Of a DNA stretch of 64,000 bases, positions 48,335 through 56,503 are shown one piece after another. Numbering within the stretch: position 1 is the first letter of the stretch; the number at the start of each line of letters is the position of its first letter. The translations under genes and the position numbers were made by a program. The notes beneath the pieces were generated by a model. It made no database searches. It was given only the letters and a program-made list of their open reading frames with translations, and was not told the DNA's origin. This DNA comes from a virus: the IMG/VR virus record IMGVR_UViG_3300042566_000678, positions 1-64,000 of that record; one strand, given 5' to 3'.

Positions 48335-49250
48335 GTTTGATTGTTAATTCGTTAATAAAAGGTAGAATAGCTAATTCTTTTGCTTTTGCTTCTACCATAA
48401 TATCTACATCAATATTATAAGTATCTGGTAGATTTGTAATATAATCGGAATGTGCTTGTGGTTTTATTTTTGCATCACTTTCGTGTAACGCTTTGGATTC
48501 TGAATAATGAACTTCTGGCTTAACACCTGATTTGTTCCAAGTTGATACGGCAAGAATAAGTGCTTGTTGTTCTGATAAATCACCGGTACAGAATTGGTGG
48601 TGGTGATAATCAAATACAATTGGAATACCGATTTTATGATGGATATACATTAAATCTTTTACAGAGTACATACTGGCCTTATCATCATTTTCCACAGTCA
48701 ATCGTTTCCTTACACTGTCAGAGAGTTTCGTAAAGTTTTCACAGAATCTATCCATAGCAGATTGTTTATCTCCGTAGACACCATTACAATGAATATTAAT
48801 ATTGTTGTATGGTGTTTGGGATAATCCCATAAGGTCAAATACTTTACCATGTAGTTCTAAATCCGTGAAAGTGTTTTGGACTACTTTTTGGTTGGGGGAA
48901 ACCAATACGTTGAAAGGACCTGGATGCGAATTAATACGCAAACCATTTTCTTTAGCATAAGTACCACATCCTTTGAGTATATTTGCTATTTTATTGTAAT
49001 CAGGTAAATCTTCTAAATTGTATTCACTACCCCACGGAAACACATCGGATGAAATACGAAATAGTTTGATATTATTCTTTACATTCCATTTGATAATCTC
49101 AAATAGGTCACGTGCGTTCTGCAATCCTAATTCGGATGCATAAGCAATACCACGTTCATTGAATGTTTTTTTGACCATACTACGATTGGTAGTAATTCGT
49201 GGAGTCTGTGCTCCCAATGTCATATTGATACAAGCGTAACCTAAATTCAT
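48285..49250 (-). CDS. uvsE: UV damage endonuclease
   Basis: LGYACIN, FRISS, HPGPF, RLTVENDD, PIVFDYHHH, HYSES, AHSD, MVEAKAKE. Confidence 0.95.
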   Translation of the reverse strand: MNLGYACINMTLGAQTPRITTNRSMVKKTFNERGIAYASELGLQNARDLFEIIKWNVKNNIKLFRISSDVFPWGSEYNLEDLPDYNKIANILKGCGTYAKENGLRINSHPGPFNVLVSPNQKVVQNTFTDLELHGKVFDLMGLSQTPYNNINIHCNGVYGDKQSAMDRFCENFTKLSDSVRKRLTVENDDKASMYSVKDLMYIHHKIGIPIVFDYHHHQFCTGDLSEQQALILAVSTWNKSGVKPEVHYSESKALHESDAKIKPQAHSDYITNLPDTYNIDVDIMVEAKAKELAILPFINELTIKHVSTRSNLQPTLSDSI

Positions 49251-49280
49251 ATTTTTATAGTTTATAGTTTAACTGAAAAT

Positions 49281-49312
49281 CAAATATACAAATAATTTTT
49301 GAGAAATCCTAA
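49281..49312 (-). promoter_or_regulatory. Bacteroidota-type promoter (uvsE-glycan operon)
   Basis: Sense ttaggatttctcaaaaattatttgTATATTTG. Confidence 0.75.
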
Positions 49313-49552
49313 TTATATTTCCCATTTATTTTCTGGACAAGCAGTTTTTTCTGGTACAAATACTTTTGCTTTCAAAACACACCCACATTGTCCACATATT
49401 TTTATTTTACCAAAAATATCACCCGTCTCTGTTATAAACGGACATGCGTTGCATGTTTCTAAACGCTGTGCAGCAATTGCAGATTGTTCCGTTGTTGGGT
49501 CTACCATAACACGGTATGCGTTAAATATTTGTTGTATTTTAGATAATTTCAT
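49313..49552 (-). CDS. small Cys-rich protein (DUF6171-like)
   Basis: RLETCNACP..CGQCGC.L.AK....CPENKW. Confidence 0.75.
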   Translation of the reverse strand: MKLSKIQQIFNAYRVMVDPTTEQSAIAAQRLETCNACPFITETGDIFGKIKICGQCGCVLKAKVFVPEKTACPENKWEI

Positions 49553-49553
49553 A

Positions 49554-50603
49554 TTAGTAACTTTTTTGTGTAAAATCTTCGTCTTCTTTTAATTTATTTA
49601 ACTCATTTTGATTACCATTATATGTACGCATCCAATATTTTATAGCATGTCTATCGTTAATCCATAGAGATTTATTATCCCAATCAAAATCTGGTAAGGT
49701 ATAATATGGTGCTTTTGGTGTAATTGAAACAACTTCTTCCGATGTTTCTTCTGGTTTTTCTTCTATTTTTTGGGGTTCTTCTACATCATCACCATAGATT
49801 TCATATAAACCTAATTTTTGGTCGTTTTCCATCATTTCGGTTAGAATTTTTTCTCTATTTTTAGGTTTTTTCTTCCTATCTTCTTCCATTGCAGTGTTAA
49901 ATGCGATGATAAGCGTTACTGCCATTGGGTCAAACACAAAAATTAGTAAAAATATGAAGAATTTTACAACTGAATTGATTGGTAAATCAAATGCTTCGGC
50001 GATAAACTTAAATCCACCGATTTCTCGCTCTAAATCTAGGTTATTATTCTTAATTTCGTTGATTTTTATGTTCCAAACTGCTATTGAATCGTTCAAAATA
50101 CCCATTTTGTTGGATAATTTGTTGATTTGTTTATCTCTGTTATCAATTGAACGGATTAATCGGTTATTTACCTTACCACTACCCAATAAAGTGCCTGAAT
50201 TTTGTTGTAGATTACCCATTTGTGAGTTAAGTTGAGCAATTTGTTGCTCATTTTGGGTAATTTTGCTTTGAAACACTCCAATTTCGCGTGTAACTACATC
50301 AGACTTGAGTGATGTTGATTGATATGCGTTGGATAAGAACCCAAAAATACCCGCCGATGTGATTACAACTAATATAACAACACCCAAAAGTAGGTAAAAA
50401 CGTAATAATTTGTTGGTTTCATCCCAAAACCTATGTAAATAGGACGCAGCAACGAGTTTAGCAATTTCTAATGATGTTCCCATCACTCCAACTGCTAAAC
50501 TCGCACCACTAAATAATAAAGCTAAACCCGTTACTGAAAAGAATGCTGCACATCCGGCGATTGCTAAAGCCGCAAATCCAACTAATAAAGTAAATGGTCT
50601 CAT
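49554..50603 (-). CDS. multi-TM membrane protein with coiled coil
   Basis: Three N-terminal hydrophobic segments, a heptad region, then IFVFDPMAV TM. Confidence 0.75.
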   Translation of the reverse strand: MRPFTLLVGFAALAIAGCAAFFSVTGLALLFSGASLAVGVMGTSLEIAKLVAASYLHRFWDETNKLLRFYLLLGVVILVVITSAGIFGFLSNAYQSTSLKSDVVTREIGVFQSKITQNEQQIAQLNSQMGNLQQNSGTLLGSGKVNNRLIRSIDNRDKQINKLSNKMGILNDSIAVWNIKINEIKNNNLDLEREIGGFKFIAEAFDLPINSVVKFFIFLLIFVFDPMAVTLIIAFNTAMEEDRKKKPKNREKILTEMMENDQKLGLYEIYGDDVEEPQKIEEKPEETSEEVVSITPKAPYYTLPDFDWDNKSLWINDRHAIKYWMRTYNGNQNELNKLKEDEDFTQKSY

Positions 50604-50609
50604 TTGATT

Positions 50610-50801
50610 TTAGTATGGTCCTTCGTTGTTCTCTAAATCAACTAGCTCTCTAATCTTTTGAGAGGTGTAGCCAATTTCTTCGATTAATTTAATTGCATCG
50701 TCTTGGGTTGCTTGCGTTTCACCTTTGGCGATTTTCATTAAGTAATCTTTACGAACATCCACTCTTGATAATAGTTCTCTAACTTGGTCTCTGTATTTCA
50801 T
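50610..50801 (-). CDS. hypothetical protein
   Basis: 63 aa; late-type motif at 50818-50825. Confidence 0.6.
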   Translation of the reverse strand: MKYRDQVRELLSRVDVRKDYLMKIAKGETQATQDDAIKLIEEIGYTSQKIRELVDLENNEGPY

Positions 50802-50828
50802 AAAACATTTCTTTATTATAAATATGGT

Positions 50829-50860
50829 AAAAAATAAAAGGGTAGAAAATCTACCCTCTT
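50829..50860 (-). terminator. intrinsic terminator after hsp20
   Basis: Stem AGGGTAGA/TCTACCCT followed by a T-rich tract. Confidence 0.75.
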
Positions 50861-50883
50861 ATTACAAATATACGAAACAAATT

Positions 50884-51267
50884 TTACTTTAACAACTTTA
50901 TTGGTAGTTTTTTTGCTAATGTATCCTCTTTCTTTGGAATAACGATTAAAAGGATACCATTTTTAATTGAGCATTCTGCTTTTTCTAAATCGTAATCTTT
51001 GTTGATTGTAATTGTATCATCAATCTCCTTAATTAAATTGGATTGGATACTCTCAACATCTTCTTTTTTAGCCTTTACTTTTAAAATGTTGTTATTGGCC
51101 TCTACTGTAACATCTTCTTGCCCATACCCTAATACAGAATAGGCAATTTCTAATTGTACATCATCTTTTGACTGATATACTGCGTTGTGTGATAAACGAA
51201 CTACCGAAGATTTTTCGGTTGTTGGTGTGTTTTGTAATCTACTCATTTCTTGTAATAATTCAAACAT
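50884..51267 (-). CDS. small heat-shock protein (Hsp20/alpha-crystallin)
   Basis: VLGY..EDV.V....L.V..AECSIKNGILLIVIPKK; start moved to ATG 51267. Confidence 0.85.
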   Translation of the reverse strand: MFELLQEMSRLQNTPTTEKSSVVRLSHNAVYQSKDDVQLEIAYSVLGYGQEDVTVEANNNILKVKAKKEDVESIQSNLIKEIDDTITINKDYDLEKAECSIKNGILLIVIPKKEDTLAKKLPIKLLK

Positions 51268-51312
51268 ATTATTTTTATTTAGGTTAAACAATTAAATTAT
51301 ACCATAGTATTA

Positions 51313-51352
51313 TCAATTGTCATACCACATATAAAATACTGACAAATTGTCA
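51313..51352 (-). promoter_or_regulatory. sigma54-like -24/-12 promoter plus TGACA-N3-TGTCA inverted repeat upstream of hsp20
   Basis: Sense TGACAatttGTCA (51340-51352), then TGGTATGacaaTTGA (51313-51327). Confidence 0.55.
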
Positions 51353-51355
51353 TAA

Positions 51356-52000
51356 TTATTCATTATTTTGTGACTCGATTACTGTACTCATATGGTCAGC
51401 CCAATGCATTATGTAAGGAATTTTATATTTCATTCGTTTAGTGGTATCAAAAACTTTTAGATATTTTACATTATCCTCATCATACATACCATCTGTAAGT
51501 TTCATTCCAAAATATTCAGCTTCCGAAACCTCAATTCCATATTGCTGTAATAAGAACATAGTTCTATCGGTATGAGTCATATGTGATAACTCTGGATTAG
51601 CTATAAATACTTTACCTTGATTTTTAACGTGCCATTCTGATTGGTTTACTACATAGTATGGTTTACCTTTAGTACCCAACTTACCTAAATCGTGATGTAA
51701 TGCACAGAAAATTAATTCTTCATCTGTAAAATCGGTTGTACCACCCATAGAAACAAATAGTTCCTTTACCTTTAATGCATTTTTACATACATTAAAAATA
51801 TGGTCTATGTATCCACCTTCGTAGCAATTATGATACCCCTTATTGCCACTTGCAGGTGATAGAGCTAAACTAACTCCCAATTCCCCTTCGGAATACATGT
51901 GTAGTAATTTGTTTAACCTATCACCACTAAAGTATTTGTTGACAATACCAATGAACCTATCGTAATTTTTCTGTAACTCTTCGTTTGTATATTTTTTCAT
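51356..52000 (-). CDS. HD-domain phosphohydrolase
   Basis: PAS..YH.C.EGGYIDH..NV, ALHHDLGK, HWAD. Confidence 0.88.
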   Translation of the reverse strand: MKKYTNEELQKNYDRFIGIVNKYFSGDRLNKLLHMYSEGELGVSLALSPASGNKGYHNCYEGGYIDHIFNVCKNALKVKELFVSMGGTTDFTDEELIFCALHHDLGKLGTKGKPYYVVNQSEWHVKNQGKVFIANPELSHMTHTDRTMFLLQQYGIEVSEAEYFGMKLTDGMYDEDNVKYLKVFDTTKRMKYKIPYIMHWADHMSTVIESQNNE

Positions 52001-52002
52001 AA

Positions 52003-52329
52003 CTATTTTTTTCTTTTTACTAAATTTTCTTGTGTAATTATTTTGTAAAGTAATTCTACATCTTCCTCTGTTTCTAAAAGCGGGAGTTCCCCGTAATCAA
52101 ATACAGATATTTTGTATTCTCCTTTTTTTACTCCAATAATATTACATTCATCGGAAGCAGTACTTAATAAAGCAGGACGAGCTGACATATCACCATCCCA
52201 ATTATTAGGTAAAGGTAAAATGTAGTAGTGATAAACTTCACCTGTTTCATCATTTTCTTCTTCATGTTTAATAGCGTTCCATTTTTTAAAAGAAGCGTCT
52301 GTAATAGGTGTTTTAGGAAATGTTAGCAT
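52003..52329 (-). CDS. hypothetical protein
   Basis: 108 aa with its own TAACTTTG promoter. Confidence 0.65.
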   Translation of the reverse strand: MLTFPKTPITDASFKKWNAIKHEEENDETGEVYHYYILPLPNNWDGDMSARPALLSTASDECNIIGVKKGEYKISVFDYGELPLLETEEDVELLYKIITQENLVKRKK

Positions 52330-52357
52330 GAAATAATTGACATTTTAAATTTGAACT

Positions 52358-52390
52358 CAAAGTTACAAAATTTTGAGCACATAATCAAAT
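52358..52390 (-). promoter_or_regulatory. Bacteroidota-type promoter
   Basis: Sense TTTGattatgtgctcaaaattttgTAACTTTG. Confidence 0.8.
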
Positions 52391-52402
52391 AATTTCAGAC
52401 TT

Positions 52403-52816
52403 TTATTTTGAAGTAGTAACTAATGTAGGTTCAGTTTGTTTTTTAGCTCTTTTTCTCTTTGGTTTTACAGCTATTAACTCTTTAACTTTTATATCAACAA
52501 TAAGGTCTCTGATTTCAGCGCAGATTTCATACTCTTCTGTTTTTTCGTAGTACTTAATCAATTCAGCTAAAAATAAAGTATAATCTTTTGATTTGATTGT
52601 TGCGTAGATTTTTGTTTCTTGGAAACGTAAGATGGCAACCTCATCCAGTTTATGTTCAAGTGAATACTTTATAGTATCATACAAATGTGGGAATATGGTA
52701 TCTTTATTATCAGAAATATATTTTTTGATGGATTCCGAAGCATCCTCCCCAAAATAATCTTTCCAATCAACTTTAGCGTACATATCCGTAATTTTTAATA
52801 ACTTGCGTACATCCAT
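52403..52816 (-). CDS. hypothetical protein with UVR-like motif
   Basis: YYEKTEEYEICAEIRD. Confidence 0.6.
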   Translation of the reverse strand: MDVRKLLKITDMYAKVDWKDYFGEDASESIKKYISDNKDTIFPHLYDTIKYSLEHKLDEVAILRFQETKIYATIKSKDYTLFLAELIKYYEKTEEYEICAEIRDLIVDIKVKELIAVKPKRKRAKKQTEPTLVTTSK

Positions 52817-52859
52817 ATTCTTCTATAAATATAAAGAGTTAGATTAAAACTTTAAGAAA

Positions 52860-54527
52860 TCAGGGTTTATTTCCTATACTAAATGTATTAGATTTTCCAC
52901 CTGATGCTGGTAGGATAATACTATTAGCCCCAGCCGCTGTTCGTGGAATACTAACTGTATTAGATTTTCCACCTGATGCTGGTAGGATAATACTATTAGT
53001 ACCGGCTGGTGTTTGCGAAATACTAAATGTATTAGATTTTCCACCTGATGCTGGTAGGATAATACTATTAGACACTCCACTTGATGGTGATATGGTAAAT
53101 GGATTACTACTTGGCGTAGTTGGTATCGTAAATCGATTACTATTTGGTGTAGTTTTAATATCCAATAAACTTTCCTCCGCTCTATCCATCGCAGCTTTCT
53201 TTTTAATATTAGCCAATGTATTTTGATACTTTATAGTATCGGCTGGGTCATCGTACACTCTATTTCCTAATTCGTCTTCATCGTAACTATCATCTAATCC
53301 AGATAATCTAGCTGCTTTTTCTCGCATAAATATTTCATCTTGTTCAGCATTAAATTTATCTTGTATTTTTTTAATTTCAGCATCACGTGATGATGGGATA
53401 GTTATTTTATTAGATACCGCATCTTTTGGTGGTATATTAAATTTGTTTGACTCTCCACCTTCGGCTTTTAGTGTTACTGATTTTTTATATTGTGAACCTA
53501 AAGAGTTTGATGTAGAAAACAATCCTTTATTAGTATTAAGAGTACCAGTTGCTGCCCCACTAACACCGCTATCCGACACCGTTGTTTGTCCTAATGATGA
53601 ACTACCCAATGCCTTTGATTCTGCTAATTTCTTTTGAGCCCTTTGAGCCTTTATTTGAGATAATTTATCTTTTGCACCACCAAATAAAGGTGCAACTTTA
53701 GATAAACCATTCATAGCTAAACCTAAAACCTTTGGTGCATTTATAATTTTTTCTTCTAATGTTATGTTATTCTTATATATTGAATTTACATCTGTTAAAG
53801 TTTTATCTGTGGTATCTTTTAGAAAATCGGGTAATTGTAAAATAGATTTAATTGTAGTATCTTCAATTTTTATGTTTTCTGCACTATTTAGCAAACTTTC
53901 TTTAAATTTACCACTACTATCAAAATAATTTGATATAAATGTAAAATCTCCTAAAATTCTATTTGATTTATACCCACGTGCCTTTACAATATCATCCGTA
54001 ACCATTTGAATATCTTTATCAACAAAAATTATATCATTTTGTTCTTCAAATAAATACAATATTTGTTTTAATATATCCTCATCAATTGGATTACCAGCTC
54101 CATCAAACCCAGCATAACTTTTTATACCAGTTGAACCCGCATTTCCTATTTTAGATAAGTCAGTACCTTTTGTGGTTTCATATTTTGTTTTTAAGTATGT
54201 TACTAAACCATTACCACTATCTGTGAAATCAAGTTTAATAATCGTTATATCTTTTATGGTATAATATGGATTGTTTTCAGAATATGCTATCTGTAAATCC
54301 TTATATATGTGTTGGGGTATATAAACTACCTGTGGGTTTGTCCCACCTACTATTTGTATTGCAAAGTTTATTGCTTTCTTTGGAGATACAAATACTTTAT
54401 AGTTAAGTTGTTCGTCTGGATTTTTTGTACGCAAGAATATATTATTCTTTTCAAAATTTCCCCTAAACTCAATAGTTTCACTATCTTCGGTTAGATAGTA
54501 CCCATAAGAATTTGTTGCGTTTTTCAC
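52860..54527 (-). CDS. hypothetical protein with low-complexity, tandem-repeat C-terminus
   Basis: 555 aa, GTG start; 12/24-aa repeats. Confidence 0.6.
   Translation of the reverse strand: MKNATNSYGYYLTEDSETIEFRGNFEKNNIFLRTKNPDEQLNYKVFVSPKKAINFAIQIVGGTNPQVVYIPQHIYKDLQIAYSENNPYYTIKDITIIKLDFTDSGNGLVTYLKTKYETTKGTDLSKIGNAGSTGIKSYAGFDGAGNPIDEDILKQILYLFEEQNDIIFVDKDIQMVTDDIVKARGYKSNRILGDFTFISNYFDSSGKFKESLLNSAENIKIEDTTIKSILQLPDFLKDTTDKTLTDVNSIYKNNITLEEKIINAPKVLGLAMNGLSKVAPLFGGAKDKLSQIKAQRAQKKLAESKALGSSSLGQTTVSDSGVSGAATGTLNTNKGLFSTSNSLGSQYKKSVTLKAEGGESNKFNIPPKDAVSNKITIPSSRDAEIKKIQDKFNAEQDEIFMREKAARLSGLDDSYDEDELGNRVYDDPADTIKYQNTLANIKKKAAMDRAEESLLDIKTTPNSNRFTIPTTPSSNPFTISPSSGVSNSIILPASGGKSNTFSISQTPAGTNSIILPASGGKSNTVSIPRTAAGANSIILPASGGKSNTFSIGNKP
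52876..53071. repeat. three 52-nt near-identical repeats, period 72 nt (coding)
   Basis: ATACTAA(A/C)TGTATTAGATTTTCCACCTGATGCTGGTAGGATAATACTATTAG at 52876, 52948 and 53020. Confidence 0.95.
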
Positions 54528-54529
54528 TA

Positions 54530-54664
54530 TTATCTACCTTGACCTCTATACTTTTTAGGCTTTTCTTCGTATTTACTATACGATTTCTTTGCCTTACCTT
54601 TTGTTCTTTTTCCGAAAGTTACTTTTTTGTTGCTAGAACCAACACTTACTTTAGCTTTTGCCAT
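54530..54664 (-). CDS. small very basic protein ending KKYRGQGR (not in ORF track)
   Basis: MAKAKVSVGSSNKKVTFGKRTKGKAKKSYSKYEEKPKKYRGQGR, 44 aa; late-type motif at 54693-54700. Confidence 0.75.
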   Translation of the reverse strand: MAKAKVSVGSSNKKVTFGKRTKGKAKKSYSKYEEKPKKYRGQGR

Positions 54665-54709
54665 AGTCTTAATTATTATAGGTTTATTTCCTATAAATAT
54701 CGTAGACAC

Positions 54710-54743
54710 AAAAAAAGTAGTAGATAAAATCCACTACTTTTTT
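54710..54743. terminator. bidirectional intrinsic terminator
   Basis: AAAAAAGTAGTAGAT-AAA-ATCCACTACTTTTTT. Confidence 0.75.
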
Positions 54744-54881
54744 ATAATCGAGTTAAACATAAAATCTTTTGTACGGGAGGTAAGTGGGGTTTGGTGTTGT
54801 TTCTTTGGGAGTAACTATGGACCAAATATTATATTTCCCCACCAACCATCGTACTATATCGTAACCTTAATTTCTATAAGT

Positions 54882-54913
54882 CAAAGATACGAAAATTAAT
54901 TCACTAATCAAAA
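54882..54913 (-). promoter_or_regulatory. Bacteroidota-type promoter
   Basis: Sense TTTGattagtgaattaattttcgTATCTTTG. Confidence 0.7.
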
Positions 54914-55052
54914 TCTTTTAAGGTTTTTTTATAAAATTGTATTATATAAAGAACTATCGGTAAATATCGTAGAAAACGTTGTATTATTCTTCTTTTGGTA
55001 CGGAAATGTTATATTTATATGTAAATAATACAAAATATAAATTTATAAAAAA

Positions 55053-55187
55053 ATGCAATTACTTTTAATTCTTACTTTATGTGCAAGTTTGGCTAGTGGT
55101 ATCCTAGTTAAATTTAGTAACGATAGACCTACTAAATTCCGTTCTCATCAAAAGAATTTGGATAATAACAAATTGTGGCCTAACTAA
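55053..55187 (+). CDS. 44-aa single-TM protein; the only credible plus-strand gene
   Basis: MQLLLILTLCASLASGILVKFSNDRPTKFRSHQKNLDNNKLWPN; A-rich leader; ATATTTAT at 55011-55018 on the plus strand. Confidence 0.55.
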   Translation: MQLLLILTLCASLASGILVKFSNDRPTKFRSHQKNLDNNKLWPN

Positions 55188-55347
55188 AAAAGAAAGCCAC
55201 AAACAAGCTAATCGAAAATAGCCAACCCGTTTCCCTTCGAAACTGACTAGTTCTAAAAAAGTATAATCCATTTTCTTCTAAACTATGCATTAGATTTACT
55301 GCATAATATACTAAAATAAATGCAATAGCGTTGCCTGTATGTATCAT
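55180..55347 (-). CDS. 55-aa hydrophobic protein (not in ORF track)
   Basis: ATGA overlap with the upstream stop; MIHTGNAIAFILVYYAVNL...GWLFSISLFVAFFFS. Confidence 0.55.
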   Translation of the reverse strand: MIHTGNAIAFILVYYAVNLMHSLEENGLYFFRTSQFRRETGWLFSISLFVAFFFS

Positions 55348-55589
55348 TGTATGTATTGGGATAGTAGACGATATGAGTATTGTAGCATGTACTCTTCAAA
55401 ATCTTTTTTGTTTGCAAAATCAACCGATTCTGTTTTGATGTAATCGGTACAAAAAGAAGCCAGTTGTTCTGGCTCCTCTTCTATATCCGTTTGCAAATCT
55501 TTTATTGCTTCTTTATATCCAATTTGATAACCTGAATCATATAGTTCAAGCAAACTAGATAGTTGTGTGGTTGAGTTTGACAAATTCAT
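55344..55589 (-). CDS. hypothetical protein
   Basis: Start moved to ATG 55589; YDSGYQIGYKEA motif. Confidence 0.55.
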   Translation of the reverse strand: MNLSNSTTQLSSLLELYDSGYQIGYKEAIKDLQTDIEEEPEQLASFCTDYIKTESVDFANKKDFEEYMLQYSYRLLSQYIQ

Positions 55590-55797
55590 ATTTGTTATAA
55601 AAAAGGTCTCTAAACGCAGTACCTTTAGATTCTGCCGATTCAAACTCTTCAAATACCTCTACTGGTACATTTTTGTAAGCGTAACTGATTGCAGCGAAAC
55701 TACTCTTAAAATGTAAAAGCATTTCCAAAGTTTCATCGTTATGCGATGCGGAGTGAATTGTACTACTATCCGCTTCTGAATTAAATTCTCTAATCAT
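55555..55797 (-). CDS. KTSC domain protein
   Basis: SSTIHSASHN....L.LHFK....YAYKNVP.EVFEEF..AESKG.AF. Confidence 0.85.
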   Translation of the reverse strand: MIREFNSEADSSTIHSASHNDETLEMLLHFKSSFAAISYAYKNVPVEVFEEFESAESKGTAFRDLFYNKYEFVKLNHTTI

Positions 55798-56002
55798 TGT
55801 TATTTTTGTTTTTAGGTTTGTGAAATAAGTCTATAAATATAACTACTAATATTGTTACTACAACAGGTAGCCACATTGGGGCAAATACGATTACCCAAGG
55901 TATATCTATGTACCACTCAATTTTTACTATGAGTAGAACCATAAATAAACCTAGTAGAAATGTAACTAATGCATCTCCACCTTCGTTTGGTTTGCTATCC
56001 AT
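55790..56002 (-). CDS. small two-TM membrane protein
   Basis: LL..FMVLL..KI...IDIPWVIVFAPMWLP. Confidence 0.7.
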   Translation of the reverse strand: MDSKPNEGGDALVTFLLGLFMVLLIVKIEWYIDIPWVIVFAPMWLPVVVTILVVIFIDLFHKPKNKNNND

Positions 56003-56262
56003 TAAATTATATTTAAGTTATATAAAATGGTATCACCAAATTCTGCTTTTAAATCTTTTGTAATCCCATTTGGTTTAGGAGCACGAATGGCAGCCTTTGC
56101 TTGGATTTCCAAAAATAATTGAGTTGAATACTTTTCAGCATTCTCAAACGAAATAAAGGTTTTTATACGTTCTCCTTTATTACTAAACACACCATAGATA
56201 ATCCCTAAATTGGGAGAATCAATTTCTTTAATTGAATAAGGATTCTTTTTAAGTCTAGCCAT
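56002..56262 (-). CDS. hypothetical protein
   Basis: 86-aa coupled ORF. Confidence 0.6.
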   Translation of the reverse strand: MARLKKNPYSIKEIDSPNLGIIYGVFSNKGERIKTFISFENAEKYSTQLFLEIQAKAAIRAPKPNGITKDLKAEFGDTILYNLNII

Positions 56263-56280
56263 TGTAGTAATTGTTTAAGA

Positions 56281-56463
56281 TTATTGATTACGGCGTCCAC
56301 CGCCACCTTGTGAGAAAATAGATTGAGAACTTGCGTTTCCAAATGGATTCCACTCTCGAACCAATTGAACTCTGCCAGATTCGTTGTTAGTACGTTTTCC
56401 GTAGATAGAAGCGGCTTCTTCTCTCAAAGCCGAAATGCGTTTTGTAACTGATTGATTACTCAT
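56281..56463 (-). CDS. small basic hypothetical protein
   Basis: 60 aa, first ORF downstream of the tRNA-like RNA. Confidence 0.55.
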   Translation of the reverse strand: MSNQSVTKRISALREEAASIYGKRTNNESGRVQLVREWNPFGNASSQSIFSQGGGGRRNQ

Positions 56464-56503
56464 AGATTTTTGTTTTATGTTAAACTGATTAATAAAAAAT
56501 AAT

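Noticed and set aside
52322-52329. ATGCTAAC start (MLTF) of 52003-52329 as an MLTI-family member
   Set aside because: Similarity stops after three codons and the body lacks the family pattern.
52876-53071. CRISPR-like repeat/spacer pattern
   Set aside because: Repeats are 52 nt with 20-nt spacers that resemble each other, the 72-nt period keeps frame inside an ORF, and there are no cas genes.
54754-54849. Possible 31-aa ORF (MVGGKYNIWS...) between the 54882 promoter and the 54710 terminator
   Set aside because: No motif or coupling evidence, and it could be a small non-coding transcript; not callable from sequence alone.
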